Assembly (NCBI GenBank): GCA_013215165.1
Contig: JABSRG010000003.1
Location: 17,794-81,793 of the forward strand
Direction: 5' to 3'
Length of the DNA: 64,000 nt
From: Opitutales bacterium
GTDB taxonomy: Bacteria > Verrucomicrobiota > Verrucomicrobiia > Opitutales > JABSRG01
Shown here: piece by piece, positions 47,603 through 56,730 of the stretch
Layout: each line of letters begins with the position of its first letter
Numbering within the stretch: the stretch's first letter is position 1
Position numbers and translations under genes: made by a program
Notes under the pieces: generated by a model
Told to the model about the DNA's origin: nothing
The model's input: only the letters and a program-made list of their open reading frames with translations
The model's database searches: none

Positions 47603-48127
47603 CTAAATCGCGCTGGGGTTAAAGGACGCGGTATGGCCGTGAGCTTGGAGTATAAGGTCGCATACTTCGCGGACGGCGCCGAAGCCTCCCGGTTTCTTCG
47701 TAACGTAGGCGGCAGCCTCGATGGCGCTGTCGGTGGCGTCGCTTACGGCAATGGGAAGGCCGACGGCGGCCAACATTTGTAAGTCTGCTAAATCGTCTCC
47801 GATGTAGGCTACAGCTTCTATGCTGAGGCCCCATTTCTCGACGAGCTCTTGAGCGCGTTCGAGTTTACGCTTTTCATCCACATAGACGTCGTTGATACCG
47901 AGTTGTCTGGCTCTGTGTTCGACGACCGGGATGGGGGATGCGCTGATGATGGCGAGATGGAATCCGTGTTCACGTAAGCGGACTAAACCGAGACCGTCTT
48001 TGATATCGAAGCGGCGGCTTTGCTCGCCTGATGCTGTGATATAGACGCCGCCGTCCGTCAGCACCCCATCGCTATCCAATATGAGAGCGCGGACTTTCGA
48101 GAAATCGGGTTGTGGGGATCGGCTCAT
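47603..48127 (-). CDS. kdsC: 3-deoxy-D-manno-octulosonate 8-phosphate phosphatase (HAD family)
   Basis: 174 aa with HAD motifs LILDSDGVLTDG, the FDIKDG segment and YIGDDLADL. Confidence 0.85.
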   Translation of the reverse strand: MSRSPQPDFSKVRALILDSDGVLTDGGVYITASGEQSRRFDIKDGLGLVRLREHGFHLAIISASPIPVVEHRARQLGINDVYVDEKRKLERAQELVEKWGLSIEAVAYIGDDLADLQMLAAVGLPIAVSDATDSAIEAAAYVTKKPGGFGAVREVCDLILQAHGHTASFNPSAI

Positions 48128-48130
48128 GAT

Positions 48131-48946
48131 CTATTTCCCAATGCTGTCGATGTCTTTACGCGCTTTTCTGACATCCCACCAGCCGATGGACTCTGACTGC
48201 CGTATGAAGGCTGCAAGTAGAGCCTTGTCGCACAAATTATTGATGCGGCGTGGGGTCCCGCTGGTGGCCCTGTGAATACTGCGCAGTGCTCGAGGTGTGA
48301 AGTGGGGTTTTCCGTTGGCACCCGCTAGATTGAGACGGTGCTGTATGTAAGCCTGAGTATCTTCGACCTGGAGGGGCTGTAGGTCATAAAATACGAGAAT
48401 CCTTTGCCGTAATTGGCGCAGGCGATCTTCCATCAATTTCTCTTTTAGCTCAGGCTGTCCGATAAGGATAATCTGCAATAGCTTTTGGTCGTCTGTCTCG
48501 AGGTTGGACAACAAGCGCAATTGCTCCATGACCTCGAAGGAGAGATTTTGAGCTTCATCGATGATCAATACGATATCTTTACCATCGTGAATCCGCTCAA
48601 GGAGCGTACGGTTGATTTGATTTTGGAGATCTACCTTCGATCGTGCCTTTGAAGCTTCGCCGAGTTCGCTCAAGATTCCTTTCAGGAGTTGGGTCTCAGA
48701 CATCCTCGGATTGACGATAAGCGCGGTGTCGTAGCGCTCGGGTGCGAGTTCTTCGAGAAGTTTTCGGCAGAGAGTAGTTTTACCACAGCCGACTTCACCG
48801 GTAAGAGCGATGAATCCCTTCTTCTCTTGAACTCCATAGCGCAAGTTCTGCAGCGCCTCTTCGTGAGTCTTGCTCAAAAAGAGGAACCGGGGATTCGGAG
48901 TGATGTTGAAGGGCATTTCCGACAGACCGAAGAACTGTTGATACAT
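48131..48946 (-). CDS. ExeA/GspA/MshM-type AAA ATPase
   Basis: N-terminus MYQQFFGLSEMPFNITPNPRFLF, Walker A GEVGCGKTT, Walker B VLIIDEAQ. Confidence 0.85.
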   Translation of the reverse strand: MYQQFFGLSEMPFNITPNPRFLFLSKTHEEALQNLRYGVQEKKGFIALTGEVGCGKTTLCRKLLEELAPERYDTALIVNPRMSETQLLKGILSELGEASKARSKVDLQNQINRTLLERIHDGKDIVLIIDEAQNLSFEVMEQLRLLSNLETDDQKLLQIILIGQPELKEKLMEDRLRQLRQRILVFYDLQPLQVEDTQAYIQHRLNLAGANGKPHFTPRALRSIHRATSGTPRRINNLCDKALLAAFIRQSESIGWWDVRKARKDIDSIGK

Positions 48947-49134
48947 GGTAAAGAGAACTGCCAGCGCTTTGAGAGGAGGTTAGAAAACGGATTAGATGGA
49001 TGAGATTTGAGAGAGGAATTATCGTTTCGCACGATCTCTATTTTCGGTGAATATTAGATTTGTGCGATATTGCGCTCTCAATGTTAAGAAAAACTTGGCT
49101 TCACACGATTAGTTATGCACATAGTAAGTATTTG

Positions 49135-49464
49135 ATGGGTAGAGGCATCCATAAGGTATTCACAGCCGCGCTAATTGGTCTACAGATTTGCGTGGTTTGC
49201 CTCTTTATTCTTTGGAACAGAGAGACACATCAGCATTTGACGACACAGGAAACTCGGGGCGCTGCACTTGAGGAAGAGGCAGCTCAACTCGCGCAGTCTA
49301 TCGATCAAGGCCGTGCTCACATCCATGCGTTACGCGAAGACAAGGCCTACCTCGAAGCGGTGGCTAGAGAAAAGCTGACGCTCGGTGAAAGTGATGAGTT
49401 CCTGGTAAAATTTCCCGATCGCCTTCGTTTTAACGAGGAATCAGCGCTCGGCGTTGATCATTGA
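49135..49464 (+). CDS. FtsB/DivIC-like septum formation initiator
   Basis: One TM helix, a coiled coil, and the conserved end REDKAYLEAVAREKLTLGESDEFLVKF. The start is uncertain (ORF track 49060). Confidence 0.55.
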   Translation: MGRGIHKVFTAALIGLQICVVCLFILWNRETHQHLTTQETRGAALEEEAAQLAQSIDQGRAHIHALREDKAYLEAVAREKLTLGESDEFLVKFPDRLRFNEESALGVDH

Positions 49465-49474
49465 TTTTGGCGAC

Positions 49475-49510
49475 AAAAAAGCTCCGCGATCATAACCGCG
49501 GAGCTTTTCT
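49475..49510. terminator. bidirectional rho-independent terminator between the ftsB-like gene and tRNA-Tyr
   Basis: A-run, stem GCTCCGCG / CGCGGAGC with an 8-nt loop, then a T-run. It works on both strands. Confidence 0.65.
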
Positions 49511-49515
49511 AAAAG

Positions 49516-49602
49516 TGGTGGTGAGAACAGGATTCGAACCTGTGAAGGCATTACACCGGCTGATTTACAGTCAGCATCCGTTGGCCGCTTGGATATCTCA
49601 CC
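49516..49602 (-). tRNA. tRNA-Tyr (anticodon GTA), long variable arm
   Basis: The reverse complement is an 87-nt cloverleaf. Acceptor GGTGAGA/TCTCACC, anticodon arm GCTGA-CTGTAAA-TCAGC, long variable arm, T arm ACAGG-TTCGAAT-CCTGT, encoded CCA. Confidence 0.9.
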
Positions 49603-49684
49603 TTTTGAGGAAGCGGAGAGAACAACAGGCCCAGATCGCTTTGCCAAGAGAAAATTCTTAGATGTTTCCTCAAAGGGTGTGACC

Positions 49685-49795
49685 AGAAGTGCGGGGCAAA
49701 CTGATGTTTAGTAGGGTGATCGCGAGAGCGATTGCCTCCATGCGGATCAAAGCTCAAGTCAAGCAATGGCTGTCGCCATCACTCTATGCTTAGAA
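49685..49795 (+). repeat. family-2 interspersed repeat, full copy
   Basis: About 111 nt, aligning with the reverse complement of 35033-35143 and with 27750-27842. It lies about 80 nt from the 5' side of tRNA-Tyr. Confidence 0.7.
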
Positions 49796-49807
49796 TCTTA
49801 TTTAAAT

Positions 49808-50707
49808 TTAGCTCGTTAAACCCTCTTGGCCAGCACGTTGCAGGATCTCTTCGAGGAACGGGCTGGGGTACCGCCTTGGCTGAGTGATGGCGTAGAAATT
49901 CTCTCTCAAGTTTGGGATCTTTATCCAGTCTCGAAGTTCTCCGGTGACTAATTCGTCTTTCACCACGACAGGCGGTATGAGCGCCATGACACTCATTTCT
50001 CTGGCTAAGAGGCGAAGGGTGGTCATGTCGTCTGCCTCTGCCGCGACAAGTGGACGGATGCCAGCCTGTTCCATGATGTGGTCGAACTGTATCCCGATGT
50101 CATTGGCCCGACTTGGTAAAATTAGAGGGAAACGATTTAAACTGTTGGGGAATTGAAAATCGTTCGGCAAGGCCAATTCAGGCTGCCCGATGAGGGAGAC
50201 GGGTTGTTCCGCGAGACGGTGGTTGCGCAGAGGGCGATTGCCTTCTTCAGGGGCTGGCCGATTTGCCAGCACCACATCCAGCGTGTGCGCGCGTAGCTGT
50301 TCCAACAGTTCGCCTTTACTGGCTGAGTGAATAATTACTTCGACTCGGTCGTCACGAATGAGGCTTCTCAATAACGCGATTTGAAAGTTGCGAGATAGGG
50401 TAGCTACAGCGCCGACACGGAAGGTCGAGGCATAGAGTCGGCTGCGGTTGTTGAGCGTGGCGATGAGTTCATCGCCAGTCTGAAAAATGGTTTTTGCGTA
50501 ATCGAAGACGATGCGCCCTTCCTCGGTCAAATGAAGGCTCTTGTGTTGGCGATCAAATAAAGCGCAGTCCAAATTTTCTTCGAGCTGGCGTAGTTGGATG
50601 CTCACTGAGGATTGGGACACATGGAGTCTCCGCGCCGCCTCTGTAAGTGTGCCAGCTTCTACGATACTAAAGAAGTAGCGCAGATGATGATAGTTGAGAT
50701 TATTCAT
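49808..50707 (-). CDS. LysR-family transcriptional regulator
   Basis: N-terminal wHTH (YHHLRYFFSIVEAGTLTEAARRLHVSQSSVSIQLRQLE) and a LysR substrate-binding domain. Divergent from the IDH gene. Confidence 0.9.
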   Translation of the reverse strand: MNNLNYHHLRYFFSIVEAGTLTEAARRLHVSQSSVSIQLRQLEENLDCALFDRQHKSLHLTEEGRIVFDYAKTIFQTGDELIATLNNRSRLYASTFRVGAVATLSRNFQIALLRSLIRDDRVEVIIHSASKGELLEQLRAHTLDVVLANRPAPEEGNRPLRNHRLAEQPVSLIGQPELALPNDFQFPNSLNRFPLILPSRANDIGIQFDHIMEQAGIRPLVAAEADDMTTLRLLAREMSVMALIPPVVVKDELVTGELRDWIKIPNLRENFYAITQPRRYPSPFLEEILQRAGQEGLTS

Positions 50708-50787
50708 ATATAAAAAAGAACGATTTTATAGAATAGTTAAATTATACAAATCAATAGATGGTGTTATCTTCTTCTCACCGCATTATG

Positions 50788-52224
50788 AGCAAGCAGCATC
50801 ACATCACTTTAGCACCCGGAGACGGGATTGGACCCGAGATCATGGACGCCACTTTGAGGATACTCAAAGCAGCGGACGCTCCCCTTACCTGGGAAAGCGT
50901 CCGATTGGGAGAAACCGTCTTCAATGAAGGTATCTCATCGGGAATCGAGCCCGCTGCGTGGAAATCGATGCGCGCGACTGGCGTGCTCCTCAAAGGGCCC
51001 GTGATGACCCCGCAGGGAAAAGGCTTCAAGAGCGTCAACGTCACTAAACGGAAGTCGCTGAATCTCTTTTCCAATGTGCGTCCTTGCAAAGCCTACGCGC
51101 CCTTTATCGCATCCGCGCACCCAGACATGAATCTGGTCATTATCCGAGAAAATGAGGAGGATCTTTACGCGGGTATTGAGCACCGGCAGACGCCTGAAGT
51201 GCATCAAGTATTAAAGCTCTTGAGTCGGCCAGGATGTGAGAGAATCGTGCGCTACGCCTTCGAATATGCTCAGGCCTACGGCCGCAAAAAGGTCAGCTGC
51301 ATGACAAAAGACAACATCATGAAGCTGACAGATGGTTTATTCCATCAGGTCTTTGAAGAGGTGGCCGCCGAATACCCTGAGATCGAACACGATCATTATA
51401 TCATCGATATCGGTGCCGCTCGTTTGGCTGATACGCCTGAACAATTTGATGTGATCGTTTCGCTCAATCTCTATGGAGATATCCTATCAGACATTGCGGC
51501 TCAGATCGCTGGTTCTGTGGGGTTGGCCTCGTCTGCAAACATCGGCGATACCCTGGCGATGTTTGAAGCGGTCCACGGTTCTGCTCCAGATATTGCAGGC
51601 AAAGGGATCGCCAATCCTTCAGGCGTCCTCATCGCGGCGACGCAATTGCTGGTTCATCTGGGCGAGGCCGTGTGCGCAGAGAAAATCAAGAATGCTTGGC
51701 TCAAGACCATTGAGGATGGGATTCATACCGGGGATATTTACCAAGAGGGTGTCAGCTCTGAGCGTGTGGGGACAGCTGCATTTGCGGATGCAGTAATCGC
51801 CCGCCTCGGCTTGAGTCCAGAGAAACTGGCTCCAGTGAATTATGAACCCAACGCCATCCAAGTATCCACACAGTCCGTGATAGCGAAGAAGGAGACGATC
51901 GGTGTCGATGTCTTCCTGTGCTGGGACGAAGCGGAACGCGATCCAGGAGCTTTGGCCGCCAGACTTGAATCCGTCGATAGCAGCACGATGCGTCTTCGGT
52001 TGATTACCAATCGCGGTGTTAAAGTCTACCCAGACGGTGCGCCTGAGACTTTCTGCACAGACCATTGGAGGTGCCGTTTCCGTTCAGATTCTGATTGCGT
52101 TCAATACAGCGAAATCCTTGATCTGCTACGCTCTATCAGTGGAGCGGGATTGGACGTCATTAAAACCGAAAATCTCTGCACCTTCGATGGCGTCCCTGGC
52201 TTCTCCATGGGGCAGGGCGAATAG
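50788..52224 (+). CDS. icd: isocitrate dehydrogenase of the IDH/IPMDH family with a C-terminal extension
   Basis: N-terminus ITLAPGDGIGPEIM. Motifs NLYGDILSD and HGSAPDIAGKGIANP. About 130 extra C-terminal residues. ATG 50788 is preferred over 50758. Cofactor specificity cannot be read from the sequence. Confidence 0.8.
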   Translation, partial: SKQHHITLAPGDGIGPEIMDATLRILKAADAPLTWESVRLGETVFNEGISSGIEPAAWKSMRATGVLLKGPVMTPQGKGFKSVNVTKRKSLNLFSNVRPCKAYAPFIASAHPDMNLVIIRENEEDLYAGIEHRQTPEVHQVLKLLSRPGCERIVRYAFEYAQAYGRKKVSCMTKDNIMKLTDGLFHQVFEEVAAEYPEIEHDHYIIDIGAARLADTPEQFDVIVSLNLYGDILSDIAAQIAGSVGLASSANIGDTLAMFEAVHGSAPDIAGKGIANPSGVLIAATQLLVHLGEAVCAEKIKNAWLKTIEDGIHTGDIYQEGVSSERVGTAAFADAVIARLGLSPEKLAPVNYEPNAIQVSTQSVIAKKETIGVDVFLCWDEAERDPGALAARLESVDSSTMRLRLITNRGVKVYPDGAPETFCTDHWRCRFRSDSDCVQYSEILDLLRSISGAGLDVIKTENLCTFDGVPGFSMGQGE

Positions 52225-52227
52225 CGC

Positions 52228-52884
52228 CTACCAATCAAATCCGATCGCATCCAGCAGGGCGCGGGCGAGACTCATGTGCCCTGCTGGGCCCATATGAATG
52301 CGATCCCAGGCGATGGCAGTCGGGTGGTGAACGTCAGTCAGTTGATCCACGGCGCTTTGGCTATCGACGAGTAGAGCATCAAACTTATCGGCCAGCTTTT
52401 CAACGATGGCGGCATACTCTGCCATAAGCACACGCATTTTGTCTTTGGGGTCTTCCTCTACGACGTAGGGGGTCACTAAGATCAGCCCATCTAAAGATCG
52501 CCGTGTCTGCTCCAGCAGTTTTGTATAAACAGTTTCAAACGTATCCAAAGATACGTGCTGATCTCGGTTTGTAGGTGAATCAAAGTGACGCCATACATCA
52601 TTGATTCCTACAAATACACTTAGCCAATTGGGTTTGAGTTCGATCACATCCTCGTTCCAACGGTCCAGTAAATCGAGGATGCCATCACCAGATATGCCTC
52701 GATTGCTGACTTTTATGAAGGCCGCGGGATAACGCGATGCGAGGAGTGCATGTATGTAAGAGACATAGCCGCGGCCCAAGCCGACCCATGGGTCGTGAGG
52801 CAACATTTCTCCGGCCTCTGCACGGTCTGCGTTGGTTATAGAATCGCCGATGAAGACAAAGCGGGAATGGGGTTGAACGAGCAT
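52228..52884 (-). CDS. SGNH/GDSL-family hydrolase
   Basis: Block I FIGDSITN, a block III GxND-like motif (GINDVW), and a C-terminal D..H region (WDRIHMG). Lies 18 nt downstream of the exosortase gene. Confidence 0.8.
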   Translation of the reverse strand: MLVQPHSRFVFIGDSITNADRAEAGEMLPHDPWVGLGRGYVSYIHALLASRYPAAFIKVSNRGISGDGILDLLDRWNEDVIELKPNWLSVFVGINDVWRHFDSPTNRDQHVSLDTFETVYTKLLEQTRRSLDGLILVTPYVVEEDPKDKMRVLMAEYAAIVEKLADKFDALLVDSQSAVDQLTDVHHPTAIAWDRIHMGPAGHMSLARALLDAIGFDW

Positions 52885-52902
52885 GTTAAAGATTATGTGG
52901 GG

Positions 52903-53796
52903 TTACTTGGGTTCTAGAGGTATCTTTCGCTTCGGAGCCCAAAGTCTCCATATCAGGAAAAGAGTTCCAAGAAAGGTGACTGTTCCCACTATTTCGTGCA
53001 TGACGAAATAGTGCTCACCAACCAATGGTGCTAGAATCAGAATAATTACGATACGCAGCGTATTGGCCAGGTATCCGAGGAGGAGAGCGCCTGCGACAGT
53101 CAAGCATGCGGTGATCACACGACTTCCACGGGCGACAGCGAGTAGACTTGCCAACAACACAGCTGAGCCCATGACGCCAAAACCATTGCATTCTGGAGCT
53201 ACTTCGAAAGGGCGCCCGTCGACCACAAAAATGAGTTTGATAGTGTTCGATGTAGTATCCTCAAAGAGCCCCAATTTCGTCTCTACGCCCAAATTTTTGA
53301 AAATCCAATCTGCGTTGTGCCCTGCAAGCATTCGCAGCGGCCAGTCGATCGTAGGGAAAACGATAACTAGCAACAGAAAGACGCAAAATGCCAGAGTCCA
53401 ACCGTAGGCGATTCTTGGGAAACTATTTCCTAGAAAAATGTGCAGCCAGGCAAAGATCATCGCGGTCAGAGCTATTGGATACAGCACAGAGATCTTAAGG
53501 ATGAAACCTGTGAGGAGAAACAGAGTCGAGAGCGCTACAGCGAAGAGAACGGGTCGCCCCATGATTGGCTGCAGCCTAACCTTCTCGCGTTGATCCAAGG
53601 TCAACATCACGCCTGCGAATCCTAGAACAATAAATGCATGTAGGATCTGCGACTCTTTTGATGCGGCGTCATACAGCCAAACCATAAGGGGCGCAAATGC
53701 TAGGATAGAAGCGATACCTAGCAGAACGATCTCAAGCCACGAGGTAGGCCCAGCGTTCACGCCATGAGTCGAGGTAGATGGTGGGGAATCGCTCAA
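52903..53796 (-). CDS. exosortase-family transpeptidase
   Basis: Polytopic protein carrying the exosortase Cys/Arg/His signature regions: VAPECNGFGVMGS, LANTLRIVIILIL and YFVMHEIVG. Confidence 0.8.
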   Translation of the reverse strand: MSDSPPSTSTHGVNAGPTSWLEIVLLGIASILAFAPLMVWLYDAASKESQILHAFIVLGFAGVMLTLDQREKVRLQPIMGRPVLFAVALSTLFLLTGFILKISVLYPIALTAMIFAWLHIFLGNSFPRIAYGWTLAFCVFLLLVIVFPTIDWPLRMLAGHNADWIFKNLGVETKLGLFEDTTSNTIKLIFVVDGRPFEVAPECNGFGVMGSAVLLASLLAVARGSRVITACLTVAGALLLGYLANTLRIVIILILAPLVGEHYFVMHEIVGTVTFLGTLFLIWRLWAPKRKIPLEPK

Positions 53797-53921
53797 TGAC
53801 GAAGAATCTCAACTATAAATGAGCTAATGGAAAGCACTATAATGTCACAAAAATGAAACAAAAATTACGTAAATGTCACATTGAGACTTGAAATTCACAT
53901 AGTGGTCCTTTTACTGCAGAT

Positions 53922-54272
53922 ATGGAAAATTCATTTCAAGTTTCTTACATCGGCCGCTTCTTCTGGATTTTTGCATTCCTTGGATGCATCACTCTCGGCC
54001 CGTCGGCGTATGCGAGCCATCACGACTCTCACGACAATAGAGAGTCTTCATCTATTGTATTACCTGCTGAATTGAAGAGTCAGTTCAGCGCTAGCGATTT
54101 CGTGATCGTTCAATATCAGCGATCTTCGGACATTGGCTCAGATATCTCCATTCAGATCATTGCTTCCACTGCACCTCGGGTAAATGACATCATCTTGGAG
54201 AAGCTACGATCTCACCCGTGTCACCTGCCGGTTGACGGTGAAGTTTTCCGTAGACGTATATTACTGAAGTAG
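53922..54272 (+). CDS. hypothetical small exported protein
   Basis: 116 aa with a signal peptide (FAFLGCITLGPSAYA) and a His/Ser-rich segment. The region is AT-rich relative to its neighbours. No PEP-CTERM tail. Confidence 0.4.
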   Translation: MENSFQVSYIGRFFWIFAFLGCITLGPSAYASHHDSHDNRESSSIVLPAELKSQFSASDFVIVQYQRSSDIGSDISIQIIASTAPRVNDIILEKLRSHPCHLPVDGEVFRRRILLK

Positions 54273-54316
54273 TATTTCTAAATTTACTCAGGACATTGTC
54301 ATTGAGTATTCAGGTC

Positions 54317-54354
54317 AAAAGCCGGAGTGTATATATAGATGCTCCGGCTTTTTG
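54317..54354. terminator. bidirectional rho-independent terminator between convergent genes
   Basis: AAAA, stem GCCGGAG / CTCCGGC with a 14-nt AT-rich loop, then TTTTT. Confidence 0.65.
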
Positions 54355-54454
54355 TTTATTCGGCATTCCGAGCCGATATACATCCCTGGGAACGTCAAGC
54401 CCCAGCTCGGCATTGGGCTTTGAGCCAAATGCGCGATGTAAGTGCCTGTTTCAC

Positions 54455-56218
54455 TTACATCCGCTCCAAAGTCGGTATGCCCAAAATTCCCAGCCCCAAC
54501 TTAAGAACCTGCAACGTCTTTTGACATAGCATGAGACGGCGTGTGCGGACCTCCGAGTCTTCGACATCGACTTTGTCAGCATTGTAAAAGCTGCTGAAGC
54601 TCGAAGAGAGCTCAAAGAGATAGCTACAGATGAAGTGAGGGCGTAGATCCGAAAGTGACTGTTTCACTGCATCGGTAAAGCCCATCAATTGACGAGCCAG
54701 CGCCCGCTCAGCGTCTGTCTCGATGGCTGAGTCGGTCTTAAAGTCTTCAGCCGGGTCCTCCTCGAGCTTTCGAAATATACTGTTAATCCGAGCTACTGCA
54801 TAAAGGAGATAGGGAGCTGTATTCCCTTCGAAGCTCAGGAGTTTGTTCCAGCTGAACACATAATCCGTTGAACGGTTCTGTGACAGGTCCACATAACGAA
54901 TAGCGTTTACGCCAACCACCTCCGCGATGTGGCGCCGCTCGTCTGAGCTGAGGCTTGGGTTTTTCTCTGCGACGATTTTTTCGCAACGCTCGATTGCTTC
55001 GGCGATCAGGTCTTTCAACTTAACTGAGGTGCCTTCTTTGGACTTCAGCGGCTTATTATCCTCGCCGAGAATTGTTCCAAAGCTGACATGCTTCATTTCC
55101 GGTAGATCCCAGCCGCGCGCCGCATACCATTTATTGGCGGTCAGGAAAAGCTGCTCGAAGTGATCACTTTGCCGCGAATCTACCACGTTAATCATCCCGC
55201 TTGCCTTCAGCTCATGCGTACGGTCATAGATCGTTGCGAGATCGGTTGTGGCATAGTTTGAGGCGCCATCGGCTTTGCGGATGATGAACGGTTGCTTTGA
55301 GAAACGCTTGTGTTCGGGATGGAATACTACCTGTGCACCTTGGTCTACCTCTGAAAGACCGGTCTGCTCCATCTCACCATAGATGAAATCTACCTGATCA
55401 CGGTAATAGCTCTCGCCATGGACGATATCGAATTGGACGCCCAGCTGATTATAGATCCGTTGAAAAACGGTCCAGCTTACCTCGGTAATCTTCTTCCAGA
55501 GAGCGACGTTCTCAGGGTCGCCCGTCTGGAGCTTGACCAGTTCATCGCGGACGGTTTGTGCCAATTCCTCGGAGGATTTGTAGGCGGCGTAGCCGTCCTT
55601 GTAAAATTGTTCCAAGTCTGCAATCGGGTCCTCGTGATCGGCATCCAAGTCATAGCCGGCCGCCTTGATCCCATAGATGATCATCCCAAATTGGGTCCCC
55701 CAATCGCCGATGTGGTTGTCTCGAATGACATCGGCTCCGGCAAATTCGAGTAAGTTGGCGATAGCGTGGCCGATGCAAGTCGAGCGGATATGACCTACAT
55801 GCATTTCCTTCGCGGTGTTGGGGGAAGAGTAGTCGACAACGATCTTCTGTCCCGCCTTCAATGCCGAGCAAGGCTGTCCAAAAGCATCGGCATCCTCATG
55901 AGCCATAAGCCATTGTGTGAGGGCCTCTTTGGAAAAAGTAAAGTTGACGAAACCCGGCCCCGCTAGGCTGATTTCCACACCCGCGGCCTTAAACACACCC
56001 GAGGCGACCAAAGCATCCATCAGCGTCTGACCTAGCTGGCGTGGATTGGTCTTATTGCGTTTTGCGAAGGGCAACACACCATTGGCCTGGTAGTCGCCAA
56101 AACGCGCATCTGCCACCCGCACATCTGGCTCAAATGAGTCGTCAAAAGCGTCTATCGTCCGTGCTACTGCGCGGACTTGTTCTTCAATAGTTGATGCAGG
56201 GTCTAGCCAAGCGTCCAT
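54455..56218 (-). CDS. argS: arginine--tRNA ligase
   Basis: 587 aa. Class I HIGH region SPNTAKEMHVGHIRS, a KMSK-like region, and the C-terminal anticodon-binding DALR domain. Confidence 0.95.
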   Translation of the reverse strand: MDAWLDPASTIEEQVRAVARTIDAFDDSFEPDVRVADARFGDYQANGVLPFAKRNKTNPRQLGQTLMDALVASGVFKAAGVEISLAGPGFVNFTFSKEALTQWLMAHEDADAFGQPCSALKAGQKIVVDYSSPNTAKEMHVGHIRSTCIGHAIANLLEFAGADVIRDNHIGDWGTQFGMIIYGIKAAGYDLDADHEDPIADLEQFYKDGYAAYKSSEELAQTVRDELVKLQTGDPENVALWKKITEVSWTVFQRIYNQLGVQFDIVHGESYYRDQVDFIYGEMEQTGLSEVDQGAQVVFHPEHKRFSKQPFIIRKADGASNYATTDLATIYDRTHELKASGMINVVDSRQSDHFEQLFLTANKWYAARGWDLPEMKHVSFGTILGEDNKPLKSKEGTSVKLKDLIAEAIERCEKIVAEKNPSLSSDERRHIAEVVGVNAIRYVDLSQNRSTDYVFSWNKLLSFEGNTAPYLLYAVARINSIFRKLEEDPAEDFKTDSAIETDAERALARQLMGFTDAVKQSLSDLRPHFICSYLFELSSSFSSFYNADKVDVEDSEVRTRRLMLCQKTLQVLKLGLGILGIPTLERM

Positions 56219-56266
56219 CGCGCCATCGAAGCTGAGGGGAGATCACAGGTCAAAGTTTTTGCTTGA

Positions 56267-56302
56267 ATCCGCTAAGACACGCGAATGAACACTAATTTTT
56301 TT
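56267..56302 (+). repeat. family-1 repeat, forward arm
   Basis: ATCCGCTAAGACACGCGAATGAACACTAATTTTTTT. An inverted partner arm lies at 57004-57033. Confidence 0.7.
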
Positions 56303-56382
56303 GAAAGAGAAAACTGGATAGTGCCATCATCGAAAGGTAAAGGCCCCCAAACATTTACATTAATCGGCAGATAATATTCCTG

Positions 56383-56730
56383 TTATTTTACCAGTCTCGG
56401 GATTGCCCCCACCGGGAAAAACCGGAACGCCGAGTCCTGCACCCATTTGAGCAACACGGCTTGGTTTCCATGTAGGACTTGGGCTCTGTAGAAGGTTGGC
56501 CGACCTACTTGAATCACCACTTCGAAACCCGCAGTTTTGAGGAGCTCAATATCATCTAAAGCTGATTGGGCTACGATTTCAGGTTTGTCGTGCGAAATAT
56601 CGATGTCGCGTGAGTAGCGAATTGTGTCAGCTGCCTCATTGAGAACCGTGGCACCGAACACAAAGCTGTCCTGAGAACGAGAAGGCTACAAAGCTGCAAA
56701 GATTGCCTTTTGAAATGCACTTATTGGCAT
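56383..56730 (-). pseudogene. AbiEii/DUF1814-like nucleotidyltransferase toxin remnant (in-frame TAG, C-terminally truncated)
   Basis: The frame reads MPISAFQKAIFAAL-TAG(56686-56688)-PSRSQDSFVFGATVLNEAADTIRYSRDIDISHD...LLKWVQDSAFRFFPV. GGTAL...R.S.DIDf and W..DsafRFFP are patterns I associate with AbiEii-type NTases. The product would be about 115 aa, against about 250 for intact family members. Confidence 0.5.

Noticed and set aside
24490-56688. Possible TAG read-through or reassignment, because two interrupted genes (the GH2 remnant and the AbiEii-like remnant) both carry in-frame TAG codons.
   Set aside because: TAG is used as the normal stop of clearly intact genes here (for example ctaB at 2114-2116 and apaG at 35143-35145). 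Both interrupted genes are also grossly truncated, so ordinary pseudogenisation explains them.
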